The notes: a model not told the origin generated them from the sequence alone. Numbered from the stretch's first letter, positions 45,960-57,309 are shown. The stretch: 64,000 bases of DNA from Felis catus (GCF_018350175.1 NC_058383.1:26166001-26230000), one strand, 5' to 3'. Made by a program: numbers and translations.

Positions 45960-46590
45960 GCAGGGGCCTGGGGGCGTTCCCACCGCTGCCAGGGCGGGCA
46001 GTGTCTGTCTTACGTCTGCGATGCGTCATCAGTCTGCGCTGAGCGCACTTTTGGCCGTTGCGCTCAGGGCAGCGGTTACCTTGTCACAGCAATGAGCTGT
46101 GCGGGGGCGGCGGCGGTTCGCTCCCTGTGGCGGCTGCGCACGGGCGCCCTGCGGCCTCTCCCAGGTAAAGAACCAGCGCGACCGCATAAGCGCGCTAAAC
46201 CGCCGAACCAGGGAATTTTCGCCTGTGACTTGGGCCAGAGAGGTCACGGGGCAGACGTCGTGGACGTCATAGGACTGCGACGGCGCGCGACTGCGAAATG
46301 GGAAACTCGGACCGCTGACAGGAAGGGCGGAGTTTGTGGTGCTCTGGGGGAATGTGGGGCGGGAGGGTGTGGTTTTCGGCTGGGGTGCCCTGGAGTGTCC
46401 GCTCGCAGTTGGCACGCGGGGGAATGACATAACTGTACACCTCTGACGGGACGTCACTGCCGGTGTCGTCGGCATTCCAGGCTGAGGACAGGTGGAGGGA
46501 GACCTTGCAAGTTCAGTGTCTATGGGCGTCATCATAGCCATCTTTAGGAGCCCTGCTAGGCAAAGTAGTGGCGCGACCTGCCGCGTGGGC
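45960..46590. promoter_or_regulatory. CpG island / COQ7 promoter and exon 1 region
   Basis: Sharp rise in GC and CpG around the COQ7 ATG; CCAAT at 45946-45950 and CRE-like TGCGTCA at 46022-46028. Confidence 0.85.
46092..46164 (+). CDS. COQ7: COQ7 exon 1 coding part (73 nt)
   Basis: gcaATGAGC...CCAG|gtaaag; [24 protein letters not shown]. Confidence 0.93.
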
Positions 46591-48762
46591 TTGTTAGAAG
46601 TGCAGGTCCCACTCCTGACTTACAGGGTCGCATTGTCTGTAGTTTAGCTAGACTTTCGAATGTCTTGCATGTACTAGAAAGTTTGAGAAGCACCTGGGTA
46701 GTGGAAGGGGCATAGAGTTTGGACTAGGGAGATGAGTTAGGATCCTGGGTCCTTCTCCTGTCCTCTTTTCATCAGAGCTGCCTCAGAAAATTGTGAAGTC
46801 GTTTTCTGAAAGTTAAGTCGTTCGTATACCACCTGAAGATTTTTATCTTTTAGCAGTACCACTTGTACTTTTGATTACCAAATGTGTTTTTTCTATAACC
46901 GTGTTCCATCTTTTAAAAATATTTATTTTTATGGGGGGAGGAGAGCACAATCGGGGGAGGGACAGAGAGAAGAGGACAGAGGATCCGTAGCGGGCTCTGA
47001 GCTGACAGTCTCACGGCAGTGAGCCGGATGTGGTGGGGCTCCAACTCACCAACCGGAGAGATCATAATCTGAGCCAGAGTCAGGATGCTCAACCGACTGA
47101 GCACGTCAGTGTGTTCCATTTTTAAATTAAATAATTTCACGGAAGCTAAGTTCTTATGGTGAAGACGGAAAACCAAGTATTGCCTGGCCCAAATAGAGTA
47201 ATCAAAAAATGAATGGGTTAAAAACAAAAAGTACATTGTATTAGATACTATTGCCTACCAAGACTTGAACCCCGAACAGTCTTTCTGGGTGGGGGTAAAA
47301 AGAAGATTAGCAAGTATTAGGAAGGTATTTGTAAACTGAGACATTCTCCTTGATGAAATCAAAGGGATTGCAAAAGAATTTAAAAGAGAGTAACTCTTAA
47401 CTACGTGGGTGTTATTAAATGCATTCATAAGCCACTTAAGATCTTCCTGTATACTACTTTAAATCTCCTAGGTACCATCATTATTAGATTTTTCACACTG
47501 TGGGAAAGCGCTAACTTAAAATGATACATTTGAGAGCTTCTAGCACAGGGCCTCAACTTTATTTTTCGCAATTTTAAAGTGTGTGACAATGCAGGCAAAA
47601 CTCAGGATTTTTAAACATGACTTTTAATGCTCCTTTGTTGAGCCAATGAGCATAACAATAAAAATCATTCTTTATCACTTATAAAGTTACTTTGCTTACT
47701 GTATCTCATTTTATCTTCATGATAATTCAGTAAGCAAAGTGTTACTATTGTAGGTTTCCTTAAAAAGGAAAAAACCTGATTATTGCCAATTTTATATGTA
47801 AGAAATGGCAATTCTGATTTGTCCAAGGTTAGTGTTAGAGAATAGGACATGTATACGGTGCCTTGGTGGCTCAGTTGGTTAAGCGTCCAACTATTGGTTT
47901 TGGTTCAGGTCATGATCTCACATGGTTCGTGGGTTCGAGCCCCATGTCAGGCTCAGCTCTGCTGGTGTGGAGCCTGCTTGCAATTCTCTCTGTGCCCCTC
48001 CCCTACTCGCTTGCTCTCCCTCAAAATAAATAAGTAAACTTAAAAAAAAAAACAAAAAACAGGACACAGTTTCTGGCTCTAGCTCTGTGCTCCTTCTATG
48101 GTTCATCCCATACTTTTTAAAGACACCTTACAGAGATTGTGAAAAGATAAAAATGGCAAATAATACAACCCAATCCTCCACACACCCCACAAAAAATCAT
48201 TTATTAGGTGCCTGAGCCTGGAAAAGTGCAGCGCTGGGGAACTGTGAGGTATGTTTTTAGTACAAATACAGTCCTGCCCATCAGAAGTCAGCTGTGTGTC
48301 TACACTCATCCTGTGTACTCAGCCCCTTGCTATTTCTCGTGAAATGTGTTTTTAAAAAACGAGTCCTGGGCTGTAAGTTCTTTCCTATTAACATGTTTTG
48401 GGATGTGAGTAACAAATGAAAGAACAAGGAAACAAGATTATCTTGAGAAGTAGAGCCAACTCATATTTTCAATTCCAATTCCTAGGAGTCCTATTTCTGT
48501 AAGGAGGTAAGATTCATGGGAGCATCAGTCCTTGGACCTGGAGGAGAAAACTTTGGACAGGCAACCCTGACTTTGTCAAATGTGTCACATTGTTCTCCAT
48601 ACGAGAACATGGTCATGGGGGCACCTGGGTGTCTCAGTTAAGCATCTGATTCCTGATTTCAGCTCAGGTCATGATCTCACGGTTTGTGAGTTTGAGCCGC
48701 ATGTCGGGCTCTGCACTGGCCGTGCAGAGCTTGCTTGGGATTCGCTCTCTGCCCCTCCCCTG

Positions 48763-48794
<32 letters not shown>

Positions 48795-51700
48795 ATAAAT
48801 AAATTTTTTAAAATAATGATAAAATAGTAAGAAATCACAAAAACTGGACCACAGTGACCCACTGTCTGATGGCACAGATCCGAGTGGTACATTACACTCA
48901 GCAGAACTTGCACTCCATCTAGTTTTTGGTGTCCAGTTCCTGGACTCCATCCAATTTCTTGAGTCAAGCAGGCACAGTGAGATGGAGCAGGTCCTGCAGA
49001 AGAGTGGATTAGAGCTGGGTCACCAGGCCTCAGACCCCCATATCCTTCCTCCTTTGTTTAGTGAAGCATTTAAAACCCCAGAATACAGAATCACTCAGAT
49101 TTCAGCAGACCTACCCCATCACCTGTGTCCAAAGCACTCAAACCTTTTTTAATTAAAAAAAGTGAAGTTTTGCACACATTTTCAGGGCGTTGAAGTTAGC
49201 CTAAATGAATAGAAGTATGTGTTAAAGATATGGTAGTCACGCATAAGAGCCTTAAGACACATCTCAAGATGATACCAGTACAAGTCAAAGTTCACATGAC
49301 AGCTGCGTCCATGGGGTCTGCATTTTCATATCTACAAAAAGAGCTGATAACATCTTATACACATAACAACACATTGGAAGGCTCTTAAGGGAAAAAACTT
49401 TGGGGATGCCTTAATGCAAGGCTCAGAGAATACAATCAAGGCGTTAATGATTAGGAGATCTTTTTTAAGTTTATTTCATTTATTTTGAGAGAGAAAAAGA
49501 GAATGTGAGTGGCGGAGAGGCAGGGAGGGAGAGAAAAAATCCCAAAAATTCCAATGCATGAGATCCCACAAACCATGAGATCATGACCTGAGCCGAAACC
49601 AAGAGTCAGATGGTTAACTGACTGAGCCACCCAGGCACCCCTCTTAGGAGATTTTTTTTAAAGACAAAATTTAATCTATCTTGAGGAATTTACATTTTGA
49701 AGACAAGAGTTCAGTTGAACTGATGATGTACCATAAGGAGATGAAACTCAAGATGTAAGGCTCTGCTCTCAAAATCCAACGTCCATGTGTGTTTTGAGAG
49801 AACTTAAATCTATGGTTCTCAACCTTGGCTGCACAGAACTTTTTAAAAATATGGCTGCTTCCTCTCCCCACCCCGGGGATTGACTGGGGAAGAGCATCCA
49901 TGGTTTTGACAGCTCCCTAGGAGCTCTTGTGCAGCCAGCATTGGGAACGAAGAGGCCTGAGGGGAGGTGAACTGGAGAAGCATGCTCATCTAGAGGTCAC
50001 TGCCACGTTAAATACTGAGCCTGTCTTTGTCACTGCCTGATGAAAAGATAGGCTCAGTATTTCCAGATCTTTATATGTTTAACATGAAGCCAGAAGAATC
50101 AGATCTTTAGGTAAACTCTATGTTTTAAGTGTTGGTAATTAATTCACTTTTAAAAGGGGGTGGGGGCTGGCTGGCTCAGTCAGTAGAGCATGCAACTCTT
50201 GATCTGAGTTCAAGCCCCATGTTGGGCATGGAGCCTACTTTAAAAAAGTAAAAAAACTATGGGGCGCCTGGGTGGCTCAGTCGGTTAAGCATCCAACTTC
50301 GGCTCAGGTCATGATCTCGCAGTTTGTGAGTTCGAGCCCCGTGTCGGGCTCTGTGCTGACAGCTCGGAGCCTGGAGCCTGCTTCAGATTCTGTGTCTCTC
50401 CATTCTCGGCCCCTCCCCTGTTCATGCTCTGTGTCTCTGTGTCTCTCAATGATGAATGAACGTTAAAAAAAAAAAATTAAAAAAAAAATTTTAAAGTAAC
50501 AAAACTGCAGGTTTAACAGAATACATTTATGGGGATATCCTTCCTACGAGGAAGTCATCTGTGACCTTAGTTCCAAGGTACCCCTTTCTTCTGTCTGTAA
50601 AAGGAAACATCTGTTTTACCCGAAAGTAATGAAGAATAAACATTTGCATTGCAGCTTATGGAAGAAGAATCAGTGTCAGATTTTACAGTTCAGGAATGAC
50701 CTTAGACAATATCAATTGGGCAGCTATGGATCGAATAATCCGGGTGGATCATGCAGGTGAATATGGAGCGAACCGAATCTACGCAGGGCAGATGGCCGTC
50801 CTGGGTCGGACAAGTGTCGGGCCAGTCATTCAGGTGGGTGCTCCGTTATCCCTCTCAGGCTGGCCTCACTGAATAGCGTGGGGATCCAAAGGCCTTCAAG
50901 TCATGAATCACATTATGTCATGCACTGTCAAGGGAGGTACTGTCCCCAAGAGAACAAAAATTGGTTACTAAGGTGGGGTCAGGGGAGGGAAAAGTATATT
51001 ATTATTTGTATGTATCAAGTAGAGACATATAGTACATAAACAGATATATGGTATATCTGAAGTATTAAAATTTCACTGTGGGGTGGGCAATTAAAAATGT
51101 TTGAGAATCATCACATGAGGTAAAAGCACCAGTTGCTGAGAGGTTGTGATCCTGTTCCCAGTGGAGATATTTTATATTTTATACTGAGAGGCAGAGGGAG
51201 GGGCCTGGGCTCTGTAGTCACAAAGACACAGATTCACATTCCAGCTTTCTTCCACCTCCTACTTCTGTGACCTTGGGGAAGTTACATGACCTCTCTGGGT
51301 CTCTATTTCCACATTTGCAAAATGAGCTGATAATACCTACCTCATTGGGTTTTCGTGAGGAATAAATGAGCTGGCATAGAGCAGCTAACACCATGTCTGG
51401 CATGTAATAGACACTCAGCACAAGTTAAATTGCCTGCTGTGAGCCCTTGGGCAAGTTACTTAACCTCTCTGTGCCTCACTTTATCTGTGTAATGGGGATA
51501 ATGACAATTAGTGCAAATTAAATGAATTGCCTTCATAAATCTGTTTGATAGCACCTGGCACTTAGGACGTGCCAGCTAAGTGTTAGCTCTTTTGTTTTGC
51601 CCACTTAATCCTTTGATGTAAATGATACTTCTAGTATTCTAGAAGGAAATTACACAATCGGTGATTCTCTGCCCTCCTAATTGCGGAGTGGGCTCAGCAT

Positions 51701-54700
51701 CTCATTTCTCTTTAGTGTGGACCTTGTCCTTAAAGAGGCATGTGTTAGGGCACCTGGGTGGCTCAGTCAGTTAAGCATCTGACTTCGGCTCAGGTCATGA
51801 TCTCGCAGTTTGTGAGTTCGAGTCCTGCATCGGGCTCTGTGCTGACAGCTCAGAGCCTGGAGCCTGCTTTAGATTCTGTGTCTCCCTCTCTCTCTGCCCC
51901 TCCCCTGCTCACATTCTGTCTGTCTGTCTCTCTCTCAAAAAAAAAAAAAAAAACATTAAAACACAAAAGGCACATGCAGGTCTCAGAACTTCTGGAGCCA
52001 TGGTTCATGGCCCGCTAACCTGGAATGGAGATAATGGCTCTTCTCCTGGTTTGCTGGCACTCTCTTCTCCATATCCAAGATGCTTTTTAGTCCGATGCTT
52101 CGCTTTTTCCTTGGGTGATTGAAGGGGAAGGGGAGAAATAGCGGTTCTCATTCTTCCTCCATCTCCCTTGTGCTTCCTGTCTCCCACAAGGACAGGGCAT
52201 GGAGCTTCCTTGGCATGTAGCAGGTGGTCTCTGAGTAATGCTTGCATTTATTTTTATGTTTTTCTTACAGAAAATGTGGGATCAAGAAAAGGACCACTTG
52301 AAAAAGTTCAACGAGTTGATGGTTGCATTTAGGGTGCGGCCCACCATTCTGATGCCCTTCTGGAACGTGGTGGGGTTTGCACTGGGTATGTGTCCAGAAG
52401 AGCTTGCTTGAGCTTAGGGATCTGGGGCGATTACATCGTTAAAGTACTGAATCCACAGTTCTTTCTGTGTCCTCTTACAACCTTTTTGTTGACTTAATAT
52501 TTCTTAAAGTTAAATTGACTTTTTCTTTTTTGGCTTAAATTTATTTAAATATTTATGGATTTAAATCAGTGGTTTTATAAATAGAAAGTACAGTAAAAAC
52601 AAACACATCGGAGGAGGCAAAAAGCTAGAGCAATTCAGTTGTAGCCCGATGATGTTCCCTGACAAAGGTTCTAAGACCTGCTCACTCTTTTTTTTTTTTT
52701 ATATGAAATTTATTGACAAATTAGTTTCCATACAACACCCAGTGCTCATCCCAAAAGGTGCCCTCCTCAATACCCATCACCCACCCTCTCCTCCCTCCCA
52801 CCCCCCATCAACCCTCAGTTTGTTCTCAGTTTTTAAGAGTCTCTTATGCTTTGGCTCTCTCCCACTCTAACCTGTTTTTTTTTTTCCTTCCCCTCCCCCA
52901 TGGGTTCCTGTTAATTTCTCAGGGTCCACATAAGAGTGAAACCATATGGTATCTGTCTTTCTCTGTATGGCTTATTTCACTTAGCATCACACTCTCCAGT
53001 TCCATCCACGTTGCTACAAAAGGCCATATTTCATTTTTTCTCATTGCCACGTAATATTCCATTGTGTATATAAACCACAATTTCTTTATCCATTCATCAG
53101 CTGATGGACATCAGGCTCTTTCCATAATTTGGCTATTGTTGAGAGTGCTGCTATGAACATTGGGGTACAAGTGGCCCTATGCATCAGTACTCCTGTATCC
53201 CTTGGATAAATTCCTAGCAATGCTATTGCTGGGTCATAGGGTAGGTCTATTTTTAATTTTCTGAGGAACCTCCACACTGCTTTCCAGAGCGGCTGCACCA
53301 ATTTGCATTCCCAGACCTGCTCACTCTTAAAAAGGGAGAAGAGTAAATGTTGGGAAAGAAATAAAGATGTACTCACCCCAGATGAGGACTTTCTTCTTGC
53401 CATAATCAGAGGGTTAAAAAGAACATGGAAAAGAGAATAGCATTCTTACTCTGTGATTCAGGATTTGACAGTGTGACCTGGTACCACCTAAAACAGCAAT
53501 TTTCACTGGGGGCAGGTTGCTCCTAAGAATGCTTGGCAGTGTCTGGAGACATTTTTGGTTGTCACAACCAGGGGTGTTTCTGGCGTCTAGTGGGTAGAGG
53601 CCAGGGACGCTGCTAAAGTATCCTCCAGTGCACAGGATGGCCCCCACAACAAGGAATTACTGAGCCCTAGAGCCTGTAGTGCTCCGGTTGATGAACCCTG
53701 ACCTGACATGATCTCCCGCACCGGTGTAGTGTCTGTCCCATCCTTTTCTCTGCTGGATTTGACAATTCCAGGTGCAGGAACCGCCCTGCTTGGGAAGGAG
53801 GGAGCAATGGCCTGCACTGTGGCTGTGGAAGAGTCTATAGCACATCACTACAACAACCAGATCAGGACGTTGATGGAGGAGGATCCTGAAAAATATGAGG
53901 AACTTCTTCAGGTATTTGAATATACTCTGGAAATAGGCCAATAAGGGCGAAAAGGGTAGGTAAGCAACTTGGTGGAAAGGAAAAAAAATAGCAAGTTGGG
54001 GAATGACATGGCCTTAGAAACCTAGGTGAGTGCCTCATTCTATAGGCAAGAGAAACAGAAAGCTCAAGTCATGTGCCCTGGTCACATGCTCGGGCAGAAC
54101 TGGGACCAGAAGCCATGTCATGTCTCCTGAGCCCACAACTGTATTCTCTCCACTTCTGGATCATTGATAGATTCTGAGCCAATGCTGTGAGCACAAATAC
54201 TTCAGCTTAAATAAATTAACCAATAGATATCTTCATGTAATTTTCTATTACAAATAAGGGAACAGTTTAATTTTTTTTCAAGTGTAAATTGGGGGTTGGT
54301 AAACCCTGGCCTGGGGCCAACCACCTGTTTCTGTAAATTAAGTTTTGTTGCAACACAGTCATGCCCATTCTTTAATGTGTCTGTGGCTGCTGTCCCCCGA
54401 ACATTGGTGGAGTTGAGTAGTTGTGGAGAGGCCCATACAGCCAGCGGAGCTTGAAGAACTGACTTTTTCGCCCTTTATAGGAAAAACTTTGCCTACCCCT
54501 ATCTTAGACGGTAGAATGAGGCTTTAGCCTCTAGAAGATAGGACAACAGATTTCTTTTGATTTTCTTTGATTTCTTTGTATTTAACCAGGTGATAAGGAA
54601 ATTTCGGGATGAAGAGCTCGAGCACCATGACATAGGCCTTGAACATGACGCACAGCTGGTAGGGGACCTCTCTTTACTATTTGCTTGTGCTGCCCCGGGC

Positions 54701-55151
54701 ACCTTATTTGGAAGATTAAAGGGCGGGAAAATTTTTGTTTCCAGAAAAATAGATTTCATAGTGACCACCAAAGATAGCAAACCAATACTGTGCTTTGATA
54801 AAAAGTCAGGCAAAAGCATTGCTCCCAATGGGAAGTCTTATTTCTTGCTTCCTTTCTCATCATTTCCCCCTAGCAGCTTCTTTCCTCTTCCCGATGAGAA
54901 ACCAGATGATTCAGATTTTCTGGCAATAGTGGAAGCTTCCCAACCTTTTGAATTAAAAGAAATGTTTAGATCTTATCCAGAGAGCTGCAGCCCTGCCATT
55001 TCAGGCCATATCTTACTGCTACAAGTGAACGTAGAACATGTTTCTTTTGTTTGCTTATTGTCGTTTTCAACAGGCTCCAGCATATGCTGTTTTGAAGAAC
55101 GTTATCCAGGCCGGATGCCGCGTGGCAATATATTTATCAGAAAGGTTTTAA
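46092..55151 (+). CDS. COQ7: COQ7 5-demethoxyubiquinone hydroxylase, mitochondrial; complete spliced CDS, 654 nt, 217 aa
   Basis: Six GT-AG exons in frame; Arg-rich targeting peptide; di-iron ligands E60, E90/H93, E142, E178/H181 present; ends AIYLSERF*. Confidence 0.98.
46910..50490. mobile_element. CanSINEs in COQ7 intron 1 (46910-47103 -, 47856-48060 +, 48617-48810 +, 49460-49641 -, 50162-50247 +, 50261-50490 +)
   Basis: Recognisable heads, (CT)n and tails. Confidence 0.75.
50655..50833 (+). CDS. COQ7: COQ7 exon 2 (179 nt)
   Basis: ttgcag|CTTATGG...ATTCAG|gtgggt; YGRRISVRF...[20 protein letters not shown]...VIQ. Confidence 0.96.
51220..51600. mobile_element. MIR fragments
   Basis: ctgtgaccttggg..aagttac...ctctg...ataatacctacctca core motif, twice. 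Confidence 0.7.
51748..51960 (+). mobile_element. CanSINE
   Basis: Head, (CT)n, tail. Confidence 0.9.
52271..52385 (+). CDS. COQ7: COQ7 exon 3 (115 nt)
   Basis: ttacag|AAAATG...CTGG|gtatgt; [13 protein letters not shown]...GFAL. Confidence 0.96.
52690..53312 (-). mobile_element. young 5'-truncated felid-type L1 in COQ7 intron 3
   Basis: Perfect 16-bp TSD agacctgctcactctt at 52674-52689 and 53313-53328; ORF2 C-terminus [11 protein letters not shown]... Confidence 0.95.
53495..53700 (-). mobile_element. MER20-like MITE
   Basis: Reverse complement similar to the 9150-9359 copy. Confidence 0.75.
53772..53911 (+). CDS. COQ7: COQ7 exon 4 (140 nt)
   Basis: ttccag|GTGCAG...CTTCAG|gtattt; [29 protein letters not shown]...ELLQ. 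Confidence 0.96.
54291..54500 (-). mobile_element. MER58-like MITE
   Basis: ggggttggtaaac...tttgcctacccct inverted termini. Confidence 0.7.
54590..54658 (+). CDS. COQ7: COQ7 exon 5 (69 nt)
   Basis: aaccag|GTGATA...CAGCTG|gtaggg; [23 protein letters not shown]. Confidence 0.96.
55074..55151 (+). CDS. COQ7: COQ7 exon 6 coding part to TAA
   Basis: caacag|GCTCCA...; [25 protein letters not shown]. Confidence 0.96.
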   Translation, partial: APAYAVLKNVIQAGCRVAIYLSERF

Positions 55152-55248
55152 AGTATGTCCACTTTTCTGTCTGTAAAAAAGGGTAGTAATTAAACAAGGG
55201 GCATTGGCAGAAAAGGAAATGTGCAATTGTCATTATATGAATTTTGTT

Positions 55249-55290
55249 AATAAACTGCAAGAGGTTTTTTTTTTTTTTTTCATTAATAAA
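55249..55290 (+). terminator. tandem COQ7 poly(A) signals (AATAAA at 55249-55254 and 55285-55290)
   Basis: Two AATAAA hexamers about 100 and 135 nt after the stop, each followed by a T-rich tract. Confidence 0.7.
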
Positions 55291-55579
55291 AGTCTCTAGT
55301 GATGATTTTTTTTTTTCTCCTGTGCCACCTTACACCAGAAGGCTGACTGTTGGCCAGGTCTGTTCCAGTTAGTAACAGACGAAACTGCTGCTTGTTTGGG
55401 GCATAGTTATTTTTTTTTTTTTAAACATCAAGAATGAATCATTAAGAAAATAACAGAAATCTTTAAGGGGAAAAAAATTTGAATTTACTTCTAACCAAAG
55501 GTAATTTAAAACATGAGGGTGTTGAAGATTGACAAAGCAAGGCTGTCAAATCCATCGTTAAATGGAAGACTGTCATTGT

Positions 55580-56790
55580 CTCCATTGTTTCCAGTGGCCT
55601 CCTTAGCTGTTGTTCCTCTTCTCTGGATTTTTCAGTGCCAGAGGGTCCCAGGCTGTGGTTCTTGGCCCTGTTCTGTCTGTCATCTTTTTCTTGGTATCTC
55701 ATCCTGCCTTGTGGTTGATTCCTTCACATTCCTGTTTCAGTCCAGCTTTCTCATCTTCAAATATCCACCTGCCAGCCGGTCCCCTCCATTTGGAAGTCAG
55801 AGAGAATCTCAAGTTCCATGTGCCCCAAGCAGAACTCCTCGACCCCCACCCCACCATCCTGACGCCCCAGTGGCCTTCCTTATCACAGTTAATAGCCGCT
55901 CCATCCTTCTGGTCCTCAGGCCAAAAATCTCTGCAGTCACCTTTGACACCTGCTTTTATCACACCCCCATCCAGTCAGTCAGGACATCCTGCAGACTCTA
56001 CCAAATCCTTTTTGCTGCCTCAGCTGCTGCCACTCAGGGCCCAACCACCCTCATCTCAGCTGGGTTATTTCAGAAGCCTCCTAACTATTCTTCCTGCCCT
56101 GCCTGGCCTCCCACAATCCATTCTCAACCCAGCAGCCAGAGTGATCCTTTGAACCAGAAGCCAGACCTTGTTACTGTTGCTCAGCTCGGAACCTGCCCCC
56201 CGTCCTCCCCCCCCCCCCCCGCAGTGGTTTATCCCACTTTCCTCAGCACAAAAGTCAAAGTCCCTAAAATGGTCTCTAAGAACCCGCATGATCTGGTCCT
56301 CTGGCCACTTCCTCCTTCCTCAGTCTGCTCCGGCCACACTGGCCTCCTTGCCATTTCTCAGAATACCAGGCACCGTCTTGTCCTAGGGCATTTGCAGTGG
56401 CTTCTCTTTCTGCCTGCAATGCTCCTTCCTGTATATCTGCATGGCCAGATCCTCACCAGCTCTTGGATTTTTGCTTGATGTCGCCTTTTAACCAGCTGAG
56501 CCACCCAGGTGCCCTACTGATGTCACCTTTTAAAGGAGGCCCTCCCTGACCACCTTTTCCAGAACTGCAAACCCCACCCTACTGCTTGGCTCATCCCACT
56601 TGCTCAGCTCTTGCAGTTTTTCCCCACAACACTTACCGCCTTCTGACATATTACATGATGTATTTAGTTATTTATTTTTGTCTGTTTCTCCCTGCAAGAG
56701 TGTAAGCTCTCTGTAGGGCAGGAATCTTTGTTTTAATCATTGACCCATAATAGGTGATCACTAGATAGTCTTCACTGGGATTGAATGAAG
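55580..56790 (+). mobile_element. L2 (LINE2) 3' fragment
   Basis: cagcagccagagtgatcctt, gcctgcaatgctccttcct, tgtaagctc..ggcaggaa, ending tgaatgaa. Confidence 0.75.
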
Positions 56791-57034
56791 AAATAGCTCT
56801 CCCTTGTTAGAAGTCATTTTCACATAACCAGTAATGTAAGAATTCAAGACTATATGCTTCGCAGCAAAATTCAGTATAGATTTATTGAAAAGATGCTACT
56901 GGGCCAGGCTAGGCTCCTGGGTTCTGGGTCCATACCATATGATTTGCTATAAAACTCCAAATCTTCCAGCCAAAAGGAAAAAAAAAAAAAAAAAAAAAAA
57001 AAAGACGCTACCAAGAAACTCAAGGCCATTCTCT

Positions 57035-57225
57035 TTTTAAAATTTTTTTAATGTTTATTTTTGAGAGAGAGCACAAGTGGGGGAGGGGCAGAGAGAGAAG
57101 GAGACAGAGAATCCAAAACAGGCTCTGAGCTATCAGTGCAAAGCCCAGCATGGGGCTTGAGCCCCATGAACTATGAGATCATGACCTGAGCTGAAGTTGG
57201 ATGCTCAACTGACTGAGCCACCCAG
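57035..57225 (-). mobile_element. CanSINE with complex 5' junction
   Basis: TSD aaggccattctct at 57022-57034 and 57283-57295. Confidence 0.85.
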
Positions 57226-57309
57226 CCACTGAGCCAGATAAAAAGGCACCCCTTTTATCTATTTATTTATTTTAATGTTTAAAAGGCCATTCTCTCTGCT
57301 TCTTGCTGA

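Noticed and set aside
46029..46541. 170-aa antisense ORF over COQ7 exon 1
   Set aside because: Stop-poor GC-rich CpG island; no recognisable homology
39600..50655. TMC7-COQ7 read-through fusion
   Set aside because: No sequence evidence; TMC7 exon 15 ends in phase 0 while COQ7 exon 2 starts in phase 1, and TMC7 has plausible poly(A) signals
55513..56478. 321-aa ORF, the longest in the window
   Set aside because: Lies over a C-rich L2 remnant downstream of the COQ7 poly(A) signals; Pro/Ser/Leu-biased, no recognisable domain, and overlapping frames are also open, as expected from composition
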